Source: Schizochytrium sp. TIO01
Taxonomy: Eukaryota > Protista > Bigyra: Labyrinthulomycetes
NCBI GenBank assembly: GCA_004764695.1
Contig: SMSO01000014.1
Span: 6,438,029-6,502,028 of the forward strand
Length of the DNA: 64,000 nt
Direction of reading: 5' to 3'
The position numbers and the translations under genes were made by a program. This document shows positions 11,900 to 24,419 of this stretch, piece after piece (positions within the stretch are counted from its first letter, which is position 1; each line of letters opens with the position of its first letter). The notes under the pieces were generated by a model. The model was not told the origin of the DNA, did not search any database, and was given only the letters and a program-made list of their open reading frames with translations.

Positions 11900-12660
11900 T
11901 GTCATACCAGGTATCTCGGTGTATAATTCCTTTCTCCTAGTGAAAGAACATGTTTGAAGGTAATACCGATTAGGCAAGGGTCGAAGTGGTTGCCTTCTTC
12001 CTATTGGTCCTCATCTTGGCGTTGATCTGCTGGGTCAGGAAACTCTGCGAGTCGTTTAGAAACAATTCGAGTTAGGTCTGGGTTGCGCAAAGACCAGCAT
12101 CTCGACAACTGAACTTGGTTTGATTCACTAAAACATGTGCGGTGAACAGGGACACTGGCTGCTGTTATCGTTCAAAATGAGATTGCAGAGGGCGAAAGCT
12201 TTGCAAGGTCTTGGTGCCGTGCAAGATATTTGTAAGACTTGTTACAATTTGTTTTGTATACCTTCTGCTTCACCTTTTCTTTCACCATTGCCGATGCATC
12301 TGGGTGGTAGTGCCTACGTACCGCGTTGATTCCGGTTCTTCGGCGATCCCAAGGGACACGATTGTAGAATGAACATCTATCACTTTTAGAATACTAGTCC
12401 CAGCCCAAGTGAGCCTAGCAGTAGCTTCGAGGCGATGCTGACCGACCACCACCCAATAAGCAAGCAAGCCTCTGCTTTGATCGCGAACCATTCATGCTCA
12501 CGGAGAATATCCCTGCGACGTTTAGAGGCGAAGTGGAGGGAGCGCGCAGCTCTCACAACGTTGTCGAGAATGAGGCTAGGTTTTCCTCCAACCAGGTACG
12601 GCGGTGATGTGTGTAATGGAAGATGACGAAATGCTACTACTTCTGCTGCACGCACGCAGC
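11900..12660 (-). mobile_element. Possible heavily degraded LTR-retrotransposon integrase relic
   Basis: Broken minus-strand frames give 'VSLGI', 'GINAVRRHYHPDASAMVKE' (compare GIxHxxxxxYHPQxNGxxER) and 'LILNDNSSQCPCSPHMF' (compare xLNxxxxxxTGxSP), in the correct order. There are many stops and frameshifts. Confidence 0.25.
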
Positions 12661-13775
12661 AACTAAGGGAGAAGCACTTGGAACCGGCTCAACTTTTAGT
12701 GGGTCTATTTGAAGAATGCCACTACCGCGATGAAGTAAAGTGCTTTCAAGCTGAGCTTTTGTTACTCGCACGCCGCAACGGCGGCTAATATTTTACTTCA
12801 AGCGAAATAAGTGATAATGCCTGTTCAAGAGAGATAAATAAATACCTTGCTGGACTTGTAAAAATATGTTATAATAAACAATGGATAAACTTATAACAAC
12901 ATTTTTCTAATTCACTCGACCGCAAACAGCTGAGCGTCCGCAACAGTTCCTCACTGCATCACGGGCGCGGGGGGTCCTGATAACGTTTATCACCAGTTAA
13001 AGTTATTGTCTCCGGCAGCTTTGATGACGTTTCTCAACGATCATCGACCCATGAATCAAAACCCTTTTCAGGTAAGACGTTTCCAAAAGAGCTAACAATC
13101 ACTTTTATAATTTCTATGTAGTGTAATTAATTTTTTAAAGTATAATTATAATTATAATTATTTAAATAATAATGATTAAAGTTAAAAAAAAAAAAGGATT
13201 TCCTACAAGTATGAATGAATGAATGAATGAATGAATGAATGAATCTTTCTTTCTTTCTTTCATTCTTCTACCACATTGCATTTCCTCGCCAGCGCTTCGA
13301 GCCAACGAATGAATCCAAGCTAGCTAGCTAACTAGCTCTCGAGCTCCTTTCGGGCAGCTCGGCTTCGCCCCGCGGCAGTCGCTGTAGCCCGCGGCGCCAG
13401 CTCTTCAGGGCGCTCGTGCTCCGGCGCCCTTGATTATGGATCTTCAGCTGCGCCGGCTCACGCTCATTCTGAGGCGCTCCACATTGTGCGCTTCTGCGAG
13501 ACGATGGTGGTCTCTGTATGTATGTATGTATGTATGTACGCATGTATGTCTCATGCTGCTAGTAGGTGCTAGCAGGCGCCTACCAGAAACTGACTCGCTC
13601 CACAACGGAGAAGAAGGTCACTCTCATCTCATTCCGGATTGAAGGCTCTGCGTGTCTACGAATAGAAAGGTGCTCGTGACGAGGACGAAGAAGAGGGCGG
13701 AGGAGGAGCGAACGAGTGAACAGCTGAGATGGATTGCGGAGAAAGCAAAGGTCGAAGGAGTGGACGAATGGATGC

Positions 13776-14101
<326 letters not shown>

Positions 14102-17100
14102 GTTTGCTGTTCTTCCCAGGTTCTGAGAGAACCCTGAGACAACTTGGATCAATCAATCAGAGTTTGTTTCCAATGAGTGGCTGTGCACAGTTTCCACGAA
14201 TCAACCAACTTCGTTGTCGCTTCGCTTGGAGAGAGCGCGGCTCAGTCATTCAGCCAGTCAGTCAGTCAGTCATTCAGTCGGTTTCCCTCCGGCTCAGGTC
14301 TTGGAATTGCGCGAATTGCTCCTTCACTCGTCTCTCCCTCCATCTTCGGATCCCCTCGAGGTACGATGGTCTCGCCACTGAGCTTTGCCGCATTGCAAAG
14401 AGGTGTTTTCAGGCTTCTGCTCTATTTCACTCTGGCCGGCAGTCAAAATCCATGGCGTCGATGGCGGTCATGAGCATGAATAAGAGCATGAACACCACCA
14501 TGGCGCCGCAGAGAGAGTTCCTGAGGATTCCGGTGTCGGTCCACCTGTCGATTGGAGGTGCTTCGTCTCTGCTCGAGCGCAGGTGCTTCCCGCTCACGAG
14601 TTGTGATCGAAGCCTTTCGCCTGACCAGCAAACGAAGCGAATGGAATGAATCATCAACGACAACAGCTTCGATGACGCTCGATCGCTGACCATCAGAAAC
14701 CACCATTGTTAATCAAAAGTATTTCATGAGAAAACAAATCAAAGAATTTATGAATAAATAGATAAAAATAAATAGATAACAAAAAACTGGCAGAAGGAGC
14801 GTGGCACATGCAAATGCCAAAGAAAGAAAGCGTCTTCCCAATCCAGGCGAAGATTCACTCCTCACGTTCGCACTGGCCTTGTGCGAGGAAGAAGAAGATA
14901 AGAACCCCCTCTGGATGATTAGGGTGTTCCTCCGGGGTTTCCGGTCCCTCGCTGGGTCTGCCTGTGTGGCCACGCGTTGTTATTGGCGTGGAGAGCCAAG
15001 CAGGCGATGGTTTTCACATCACTCATCTCATCTCATCTCATCTCATCTCATCTATTTATCTTTATTTAAAAAAAAACTAAAACTAAAAAAACACTTTTTA
15101 GTTTAAAATGCTATCGTCATTATTATTGTTAATATTAATGTTTCTGTTTATCAATAAGGCAACGCGAACTGAGGAAAAAGTGGAAAACCAAAGAAACACG
15201 ATCCTTTTTCTTTTCAGACGTTAACTTAAACAAACAATCAAAAATATTATTATAAGCGATCGATATGATGAAAAAGGGGAAACGAGGCTTTGATTAAAAC
15301 CATTTCGGCAGTTCTTCTCTCGAGACTATTCGAGGTGCGAAAAAGCAAACGAAACAGTCGAGCGAAAGACCCTTTCGCTGATCGAGGCGCATCTCCGCGC
15401 GGAAATTCTACGGCACCGCAGCATTACTGATTTCGGCCGCGCAGTCCGCTGAGATCGATCCCCTTCCACCCTGCGAGCGGTTTATCTTCCTCCCGTCGTC
15501 AGCGCTCTTTCCCTTCGATTCTTTGGGCTCGAATCGATAAAAGGGTGAGATGAGATGCGCTGTGCTTCTCTCCCTCTGAAAATAAATGAACAGACAGCGC
15601 TAAATGAAAGACTGATGAGCGATTCCGTTTCAATTCCCTTGGAAACCCGCCAAGAACCGCACCTGCGCATTGCAAGCACTGAGGCTACAGCTCGTGACAA
15701 GGGTCTCGCTATAAATGCTGCTCCAACCATAAACGCGAAGGCTTCTTGCGGCGCTCCGAAGTCTCTTGGCCAGCGTTGAATGAAGCCGTGTTTCTCCAGT
15801 TCCACCCGAATTCGTCAGCAAAGCTATTTATTTATTTATTCATTCATTTATTCATTCATTCATTCATTCATTCATTCCTTTATTCATTCATTCATTTATT
15901 TATTTATGAACTGATTTCACAACTCTAACGTGAAAGTATCTTTGGCCATCATGATGAGTTAAAAAACAAAAAGCAAAAATAAAACATACACATCTGTGTT
16001 TTGCTTTTTTCTTAGTTGTGCTACAATAATGGCGATCGCGAACGATTCTTCTTCGATTCAACCGGAATGCGCGGCGAGTCGAGCCAAGAAGCACAGATTC
16101 CTTGACGCTCCCTGAGAGCCCTACGGAGTTCCTCGTCGATTCTCATGCACTTGCAAGCAAATCTTTGTGTAACTTGAAGGATTTGCATTGCAATATTCTC
16201 TCAAATTGTGTGTTTTCGCAGCTTCCTCCAACTAAACAACCATAACACAGAAAGAAAGAGTGGTTCCAATCCCATGAGGAAGCACGCTTCACGACAGAGC
16301 TCGTCTTCGCTGGAGACACGTCGACGCGACGAGGCTGCGGCGGCCGGCCTTTATCTAGCCTTCCCCCATCACTCCAGTCACGCGATATGCCCGAGGCAAT
16401 CGACTTGATTCTCTGTGAATAATTTGCTGCGTGGGTTTGGAGTTCGTGTACTGCGTACAATATGTATGTCCTCCCCTCTGCGTTTTGCAGAGGTCTTGCA
16501 AAAAGAGTTCTGCAAATACGCCGATTCTGGTGCGCACACACGACCCGGAACTCTTTTTGATCATTCTCGCGAGAAAATGAGGAGAGAAGAGAACAAGCGA
16601 AGAGGTGCTCCGTGGAGATGGAGGGAACCTTCAAGACCTGATACACTGCCACGAGCGCGACTTGGGCTCACTAATCGTCGCGAAGCTCGGATGAGTTCTT
16701 TGCCACACAGCAGGAAGGCCGCGCCGCCGCGTTGTTCGTGTTCAGGTTCTCAAGAAGCCGTGACCTCGCAGAACCAAGACCTCAGCATGGCGGAAGCGGC
16801 GATTTGGTGAGCCAGAACCAACTTAGCCTGCCTGCCTGGCAAACGAGCCACGCGAGAAAGTTAGTTACCAGGCCAGACAGACAACAGGCCGCGTGTCTTG
16901 GCAGCACCTTCAGCATCTCGGCTTGCGCTGCTCACGAAACCTGCTGCCTGCCCAAGGATGCGAGGCAACTGGGATGCATGCACCAACATTCGTATCGCAT
17001 CATCGGGCCCTCATGGTCACCCAAGGTGCTACGAAAGATGCAAAAGATCTCAACTTTTAGGTGCTGCGACTTCGACGTCACTTCCTCACAAGAAAGCTGC

Positions 17101-19459
17101 GCTTCACGACCGGACTTTTGAGGCGTACAGCCGCACGCGGCCTTCCCAGGTTTTGCCCAAACCTCTCATCGAATGATCATCATCGAATGCTCATCATCAT
17201 CATTCGATTCATTCGATGGTGATGATTGGATAATGATCATCATCGTCGTCGTCCTCGTCCCCGTCACACGTACGTACCTCTTGATACGAAACATACCGGT
17301 TCTTCTTCTGGAGCAGACACGCCTTGGGAACGCCGGCGCTGGCAAACATGCCTCCAGAAGAGCTGGTTCCTGACACTGTGTATGAAGAAAATGCTACAGC
17401 TTTCAGCCCCAAGCCAGTTGCTACCAGACGCAAGTACCGGATGCCCGCTCATTCCAGCGCTCCCCAAACGCACGCGCGTTGCCGTGACCCAGAATCGTAG
17501 CCAGAACCGCTCCTTCCCTAAGGATATGAAGGATCTGCGCAACCCCGTATTAAACTCTAGAGCAGTGTACTAAATTGTGTCTTTTAATCGTGCCCTCCTT
17601 TTCCCCATGAAGAGGTGCCCCGATGCAATCTTAGCGGACCACGTGCACGCGCCCATGTAAATCCCAGGGCGCTGGATACATTGTGTATGTCCACTCTGCG
17701 AGTCTCGATGTTCCCTCCTCTCAACCAGAACTTTCCCTTCCCCACAGCGCCACCTTAGCGTTCGTGTGATTGTGTAGTGAGTCCTAGTCAAAAGTTTTTA
17801 TCTGTATCGCCTTAATTTGCTAAGGTTATTTTCAAGTCTGATACATGTGTCCGTACACTGATCACCTCAGTAGGGAAGTTAGTATGTGTTTAAGGTGAAA
17901 GAGTGACTAAATTGTCAATTGGAGGGGGGCGTTACTTTTTTTTTACAACTCAACCGACCGACGCTTCCTCGCGGAACAGAAGTGTATAACTCGACGGAAC
18001 AGGGGTGCACAAATACGGGACTCCCAGCGACAGCGTAGGACATCCTAATGGCTAGCTAGTTTTCCTTTTAAAATAAAACCATATGATCAATTTTAATTTT
18101 TATGTTTTCCCTCTATTTTTTAATATTTTATTTAAAATGTTTATAAATAAATACTTTCATATATATTTATACATGTTTTTTTAAAAGGTTATGCTACATG
18201 AAGCAAACTTGAAGAGAGCTTGAAATAGGATCGAAAATGTTTCTGGTGGTTAAGCTGCTCTTTATCCTTTCCTAGCACGTACTCTAAGTAAACAGAGGAG
18301 CTCCAGGAACTAAGTCACATGAAACAGAGAGTTTACTGATTGTGTCAATGGAAAAGCAGCACATCAATCAGATCTCCCGCTTCTGAGATGTGATCGATAT
18401 CACTGCCGTTGAGCTGATTTCCATTGCAAGTCATCCGCTATTATAAGTTTTTAAAAGGCACAGTGAAAAGACGGAGGGAAATGTGTTTTTTTCTTTTTCT
18501 TTTACTTTCACTCACTCATTCATTCATTCATTCATTCATTCTTTCTTTGTTTCTTGAATTCCACGCTTTCCGTTCATATAAATGAATGAATAGGGTCACA
18601 GACAGAACTTGAAGAATAGAATAAATAAGTACAAAGAGCACATTCTTTTCTTGCGGCCGCGCCCAAAGTAAAGCCGAAGGAGGCCTTGCGCTGTGCGAAG
18701 AACGTTTCTCCTCGGGGATTCAAGCTAAGCTCGCGACGGCCGCCGAGTTTTGATCTGTGCTTTCGAGCTTCGTCAGAGGCGATCTCGATACGATATCTCA
18801 GCAGCCAAGACTTTGCCAGAAAGAAAGAAAGAATGAATGAATAAATCAATGAATGAAAGAAAGAGCGCATTCAACACTGCTTTGCATTGCTTTCTTTTGC
18901 TTGCGAAAGGTACGTACTTTATCCACTCATTACGTGCACAGATATGAATGTATGGATTTACATACAAACATAAAGAAATACATAAATACATAAATACAAA
19001 CATAAAGAAATACATAAAATAAATAAATACATAAATAAATAAATTATATATATATATATATATTATATACAGAGGTAAACTATTTGGAGGGAGAAGGCCT
19101 CTTCAGGACTCCCAGGGTGCCGCGCCCAGGGGAGACCGCCAGTCCCGGCAAGGCGGGTTTATAGGGCCAGAATCCGTAGACACGAATTGAGGGGGCATGG
19201 TGCAAGTCAGTCCAGCGGCTTTAACTACCGTCCCCCTTTCAAAGAAAGCAGGACACTTCATCGTCATCCATCTTCTTCTCTTCATTCTTGAGTGAGTGCG
19301 TGAGTGAGGGAGTGCAATGTAAGCGAATACATCAACGACATGACTGAGACGAGTGATCGCATGAATGAAAGAATGAAAGCCGAGTCCACTTCTGAGACAT
19401 GTGTACTGCATGTATGCAGCTCACCCGTGAAAAGTTTCACGGCGAAGAACGAACGTTGT

Positions 19460-19500
<41 letters not shown>

Positions 19501-21649
19501 TCTGCTGAGACGTGCGTGGCTGGCGCTTTGATCGAGAGCCAAGTTAGATAGCTGCCAAATAGCTGCCAAAGCTCAGACGAGAAGCCGGAAGGCTTCGGTT
19601 TCCTGGGACGAGCGAGTGGCAGCGTATTCATTTGGTTCATCCGATCGAAGTCGCGGCTGGCTTCTCTGACATGGCTTGGCGAAAGCTGCGACCACGATCG
19701 TGAAATCTAGCGGCACTACGATGGTCAAGGCAGGCACATTGACGATCAGAGAGAGGTCGAGACTCACGCACTCAATGCAGAGGACTCGAAGGAATCAGGA
19801 GACCCGTTCAGGAGCATCGTAAGTGAGTGAATGAATGCAATGCAGACTCCGCAGGTCGTTTGGGGGTGTGCGAGAAGCACCTCAAGGTCTGTCGGGCTGG
19901 GCTTACGCCTCTGGCCAAAGTCAAGATGACCAACTTAACTTACTCGGCTGCGAGTACCTCAGGCAACTCGCAAGCACCGGGCGGCTCGGGCTCGCTGGGG
20001 CGAGCGAGACCAGGACCGCCGGGTGACGCCGTTGCGCCAACCAGAGATCTGCCTCGAGAGCGGGTTGGGCTTGGAGACCTTCACTGGAACTAGGCACACA
20101 TTGACACATTTACATGCGTAGCACGTATGATATGTGAGTGAATAGGTATGACCTCCTCGTTGGGTGAAGCAGAAGCCGCATCGCTGAGAGAAAGGCGACA
20201 CTCGACCTCGTGGCAGGCAGTCAGGCGTCCGTGAGATCTGCGGGAGCATCCGCTCGCGCGTCGAGCTTGGGCAAGAGGTTGCCATTGCTTGCGGCGACCT
20301 CTTCAGGAGCCATCTTCTTCAGGAGATAAAGAAGCTTCAATTGATTTATTTTATGATGAGTAATATTTATTATTCTAACAATCACTCATTCACTCACTCG
20401 TTGAAAGCTTATGATGGGATATGCAGTAAGTACGGCACTTATGTATATTCTTGGGTGGGCGCTGGGCAGTGATGCAGAGAGAATGCAGTTTCAGACCATC
20501 GATTTAAGAACTTCGTCTGCAGGGGAGGGATCCTCTGCTCTGATTTGCAAACTGACCCACAGAGCTGAGAACACTGCATTGATTGTCTGACTGATTGTCT
20601 GACTGACTGACCAAACCGATTTATTTCACTTTGTTTTTATGTTTTTATTCGTAAATAATAATATTTTCATTTGCTTATTAAAAAAACATGTCACGTTAAA
20701 AAACTAAATGCAGTTGAAAATTAATTCTCCATTGTTTGATACAGTTAATGAACGAACAATAAGGGGACAAAGGTAGGCACCCACTGGCAGGCACTGCAAA
20801 TCTCTCGTCTCGCTTTTGCAACCTTCACAACCCAGTCACCGAAGCACCTGAGGCCGTGGCGTGATACGAAAGAAGCGTGCGCACAGAGTGAGAGAGGTCG
20901 GCTGCGTCTGTGCTGGTCCCCCCTCCCAGGCTTTGCCACAATTAATCAATCAATCAATCAATCAATCAATCCATCGACTTTGTTTATTGTCGCAGTCTAT
21001 CGTCTTAGGACCTCACTACGATTCCTTAAGTTCAAGTAATAGAAAGTTTCTCTGTTTGTTTTTGCTCCCCTTCATTCATATTGTTATTCTTACCCAAAGT
21101 CAATAAATAAACCAAGGTAATAGGAAACATATATGTTTTAGCATAGAGACATCTTTAAACAAATAAGGTAGATAAATAAATAGAGTAAAAAAATTAAAAA
21201 AACGTTTTTAAATTATTATTTTAAGAAATTATATTTACTAAAAACTAAAAACAGTTTTAAGTGAATACCAAGTTGGAATAAGGAAATTAGTTGGTAGATC
21301 ACAGCAAAAGAGAAAAGAAATGAATATGTGAGTAAAAAGAGTTTAAATGACCCTTACTGCGAGATAGTCGATGGTAGCGTATTCCTAGTCTGTTCTCTCT
21401 GAGCCTCTCCATGCAAAGATCCGACCGTGGCGTTGCTATCAGGGCTGCAATAGGAGGCGCCTTGAGCCTGTGGAGACCAGCAAAAGGAGCGCCACAGCAG
21501 CAGTAATCGAAGCATTGATCGACTCAAAGCAGCAGGCAGCAAACCCGTAACCTACCAGGCCCCTTTTGGACGCCGGTTGAATTAAGGCGACACCAGTCGC
21601 GACTCACTCCCCCCGTTGGTTGGTTTAAGCCACTCCAAGTAGGTTCACT

Positions 21650-21678
21650 ACAACAACAACAACAACAACAACAACAAC
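21650..21678 (+). repeat. (CAA)n tract in the leader of the ARG5,6-like gene
   Basis: About 9 CAA units lie ~160-190 nt upstream of ATG 21840. Confidence 0.9.
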
Positions 21679-21839
21679 TTGCTCGCTTGCTTGTTTGCTT
21701 CTTGCTAGCGTGCCTTTGTACAGACAGAATTCCACAACAGCAAACCACAGCTCGAATTTGATTTGAGATCAAAGAAAGCTTGCCTGCCTACCTGCCTTTG
21801 TTGAGAGACAGATACTCATTTATTTCAAGACAAGTCACC

Positions 21840-24419
21840 ATGAAGAGCGTCAGCAGCATTATGATGCGTAACGCCGGTGCCCGCCGTCGCGTGGCCCGTG
21901 CCGCTCAGCAGCAGCAGCGTCGCAACTTGCAGACGCAGACCCGCTCTAGCCCCAAGAATGTCTTCGTGCAGAGCTCCAAGGGCATGCAGATGCAGCGTCT
22001 TCGCAACGCAACTGTGCAAATGGCCCAGCGCGGATTCGCGACAACCATTGTGAAGGAGGTCATGCCTGAGATCCTCCGCTCCGTTTCCGAGACTGAGGAG
22101 GTCGAGTACTACCTCGACAAGTTCTCCAAGTTCGAGGGTTCTGCCTTCGCCGTGATCAAGGTTGGAGGTGACGTTGTCGAGTACGAGCTCGATGACCTCG
22201 TCCAGACTTGCTCCATCCTTCACAAGGCCGGTCTTAAGCCGGTTGTTATCCACGGCGGTGGCCCTCAGATGAACGACGAGCTCGCTCGCAAGGGTGTCGA
22301 GCCGCAATACATCAACGGTAGCCGTGTCACTGACGAGGCCACCCTCGAGGTCGCACAGCGCATTTTCACTGAGCTCAACGAGCGCGTCGTCAAGGCCATG
22401 CAGAAGGCTGGCGTCAACGCCGAGGCCTTCCCCACCGGTGTTTTCCACGCCGAGGTTACCAAGCCTGAGCTAGGCTTTGTGGGAGCCGTCCAGGGCGTCT
22501 TCGACACCGAGATCAAGAAGGCTCTCGAAAACAACGTTGTGCCCGTGCTCACTTCCCTCGGTACCTCCAAGGAGGGCCAGGTGCTCAACATCAACGCCGA
22601 TGTTGCCGCCAGGGATCTCGTCCATTCCCTCCAGCCCATGAGAGTCATGTTCGCAAGCTCCAAGGGTGGTTGGCTCGACGAGGATACCAAGAAGGTTGTC
22701 AGCATTGTTGACATGGCCAACGAGTACGAGGCACTCGCTTCGATTGACTACACCGGCCGCCAGGGTACTTTGCTCAAGCTCAACGAGATCAAGCTCATCC
22801 TCGACGGTGTGCCCAGTAGCACCGCCGTAGCTATCACCGGCGCTGACACCATGATCAAGGAGCTCTTCACCCACAAGGGAGCCGGATCTCTCTTTGTCAA
22901 GGGCATTCCTGTCCACGTGCTTGAAGGAGACGCAGCTACGCCGTTGCTCTCTCCTCTGCCCAAGGGCGACGCCGTCGTTGAGAAGACCTACATCTACGGT
23001 CCCTCACCTGATAAGGCCTACGCTGCTGGACGTATCGTGCGTCTGCCGAAGCTCGGAGATGATCTCCCCCCGGTGCTCAACGAGATTGTTCTTTCCCCCC
23101 AGCACAATGGTAACGGCTACGAATCTGTGATCTGGAAGTCCATGCAGCGTGACTACGACAGTCTCGCGTGGACCTGGACTGTTGAGGAGGCTCGCCAGGG
23201 TGCTATCAAGGCCAACACTGCTGCTGCCGATGGCACCCTCTGCCACTGGGCTAGCGACTCGAACGTGGCCTGGTACAACAGAGGACACCCGCTCAAGGGT
23301 TGGTCTGCGGACAAGGCGCCCCGTCTCATCATTGAGCCTCCCCAGACCAAGGCTGTGAAGTACTCTCACCACTACACCCCTAACGAGAACCCGGTCAAGG
23401 TTGGTCTCCTCGGAGCCCGTGGATACGTCGGACGCGAGTTTGTCAAGCTTCTCACTGACCACCCCAACATGGAGCTTACTGTCGCAAGCTCTAGAGCTCT
23501 CGCTGGACAGCGTGTCATTGACTGCTTCGGCCTTGACAAGACCGCAGCTGTGCGTGGAGTAGCAGACACCCTCCGCTTCAACGCTCTTGAGCCGGAAGAC
23601 CTCCCCAACGACGACGAGGCCCGCGATGTTGACATCTGGGTTCTTGCTCTCCCTAACGGACTTGCACCGCGCTTTGTCGAATCTCTCGAGAAGATGTCCC
23701 CCAACTCCACCATGATTGATCTTGGAGCTGACTACCGCTTCGACGATACTTGGACTTACGGTATGCCGGAGCGCCCCGGTGCGCGCGAGTCCCTCAAGGG
23801 ATCCAAGCGTATCTCGAACCCTGGATGCTACGCCTCTGCCCTTCAGCTTGCTCTCATGCCTGTTCTCCAGCCCATGTCCAACGGCCTCCTTAAGCTCAAG
23901 GAGGGCACCGTACCCAGCTCCTTTGGAGTCTCCGGATACTCTGGTGCTGGTACCTCCCCCAGCGACAAGAACGACCCCCAGGTTCTTAAGGATAACATGC
24001 TCCCGTACTCCCTTGTTAACCACATGCACGAGCGCGAGTGCACCAAGCACCTTGGTTCCCAGGTCGCCTTTATGCCCCACGTTGCCTCTTGGTTCCAAGG
24101 TATTCACATGACCACCACTGTCCACATTGAGCCCACTGCTAGTGGAAAGTTCCCGTCCGCTGAGGCAATCCGTGAAGAGTTTGCCGAGTACTACAAGGGT
24201 GAGCCCCTCGTAAAGATCAGCAAGGAGGCGCCCACCGTTCGCGAAACTATGTTCCGCCACCACGGTGCCGTCGGTGGCTTCACCATCGACCCTGAGACCG
24301 GCCGCCTTGTCATCATCTCTGCTGTCGACAACCTCAACCTTGGTGCCGCCACCCACGCTTGCCAGAACCTCAACATTGCACTCGGCTTTGATGAGCTTGC
24401 TGGCATTGACCTCGACTAA
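21840..24419 (+). CDS. ARG5,6: Mitochondrial ARG5,6-type fusion: N-acetylglutamate kinase + GNAT-like (DUF619) domain + N-acetyl-gamma-glutamyl-phosphate reductase
   Basis: Arg-rich presequence. Kinase motifs FAVIKVGG, VVIHGGGPQ, INGSRVTD, LNINADVAA and ELFTHKGAGS. ArgC motifs VGLLGARGYVG, IDLGADYRF, catalytic ISNPGCY, GVSGYSGAG, F-M-P-H-V-A-x-W-F-Q-G-I and DNLNLGAA. The first ATG is at 21840 (ORF track uses TTG 21780). Confidence 0.96.
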   Translation: MKSVSSIMMRNAGARRRVARAAQQQQRRNLQTQTRSSPKNVFVQSSKGMQMQRLRNATVQMAQRGFATTIVKEVMPEILRSVSETEEVEYYLDKFSKFEGSAFAVIKVGGDVVEYELDDLVQTCSILHKAGLKPVVIHGGGPQMNDELARKGVEPQYINGSRVTDEATLEVAQRIFTELNERVVKAMQKAGVNAEAFPTGVFHAEVTKPELGFVGAVQGVFDTEIKKALENNVVPVLTSLGTSKEGQVLNINADVAARDLVHSLQPMRVMFASSKGGWLDEDTKKVVSIVDMANEYEALASIDYTGRQGTLLKLNEIKLILDGVPSSTAVAITGADTMIKELFTHKGAGSLFVKGIPVHVLEGDAATPLLSPLPKGDAVVEKTYIYGPSPDKAYAAGRIVRLPKLGDDLPPVLNEIVLSPQHNGNGYESVIWKSMQRDYDSLAWTWTVEEARQGAIKANTAAADGTLCHWASDSNVAWYNRGHPLKGWSADKAPRLIIEPPQTKAVKYSHHYTPNENPVKVGLLGARGYVGREFVKLLTDHPNMELTVASSRALAGQRVIDCFGLDKTAAVRGVADTLRFNALEPEDLPNDDEARDVDIWVLALPNGLAPRFVESLEKMSPNSTMIDLGADYRFDDTWTYGMPERPGARESLKGSKRISNPGCYASALQLALMPVLQPMSNGLLKLKEGTVPSSFGVSGYSGAGTSPSDKNDPQVLKDNMLPYSLVNHMHERECTKHLGSQVAFMPHVASWFQGIHMTTTVHIEPTASGKFPSAEAIREEFAEYYKGEPLVKISKEAPTVRETMFRHHGAVGGFTIDPETGRLVIISAVDNLNLGAATHACQNLNIALGFDELAGIDLD

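Noticed and set aside
21825-24356. Antisense ORFs of 207, 148 and 450 aa over ARG5,6
   Set aside because: Same codon-bias shadow effect, broken wherever a rare CTA/TCA codon occurs.
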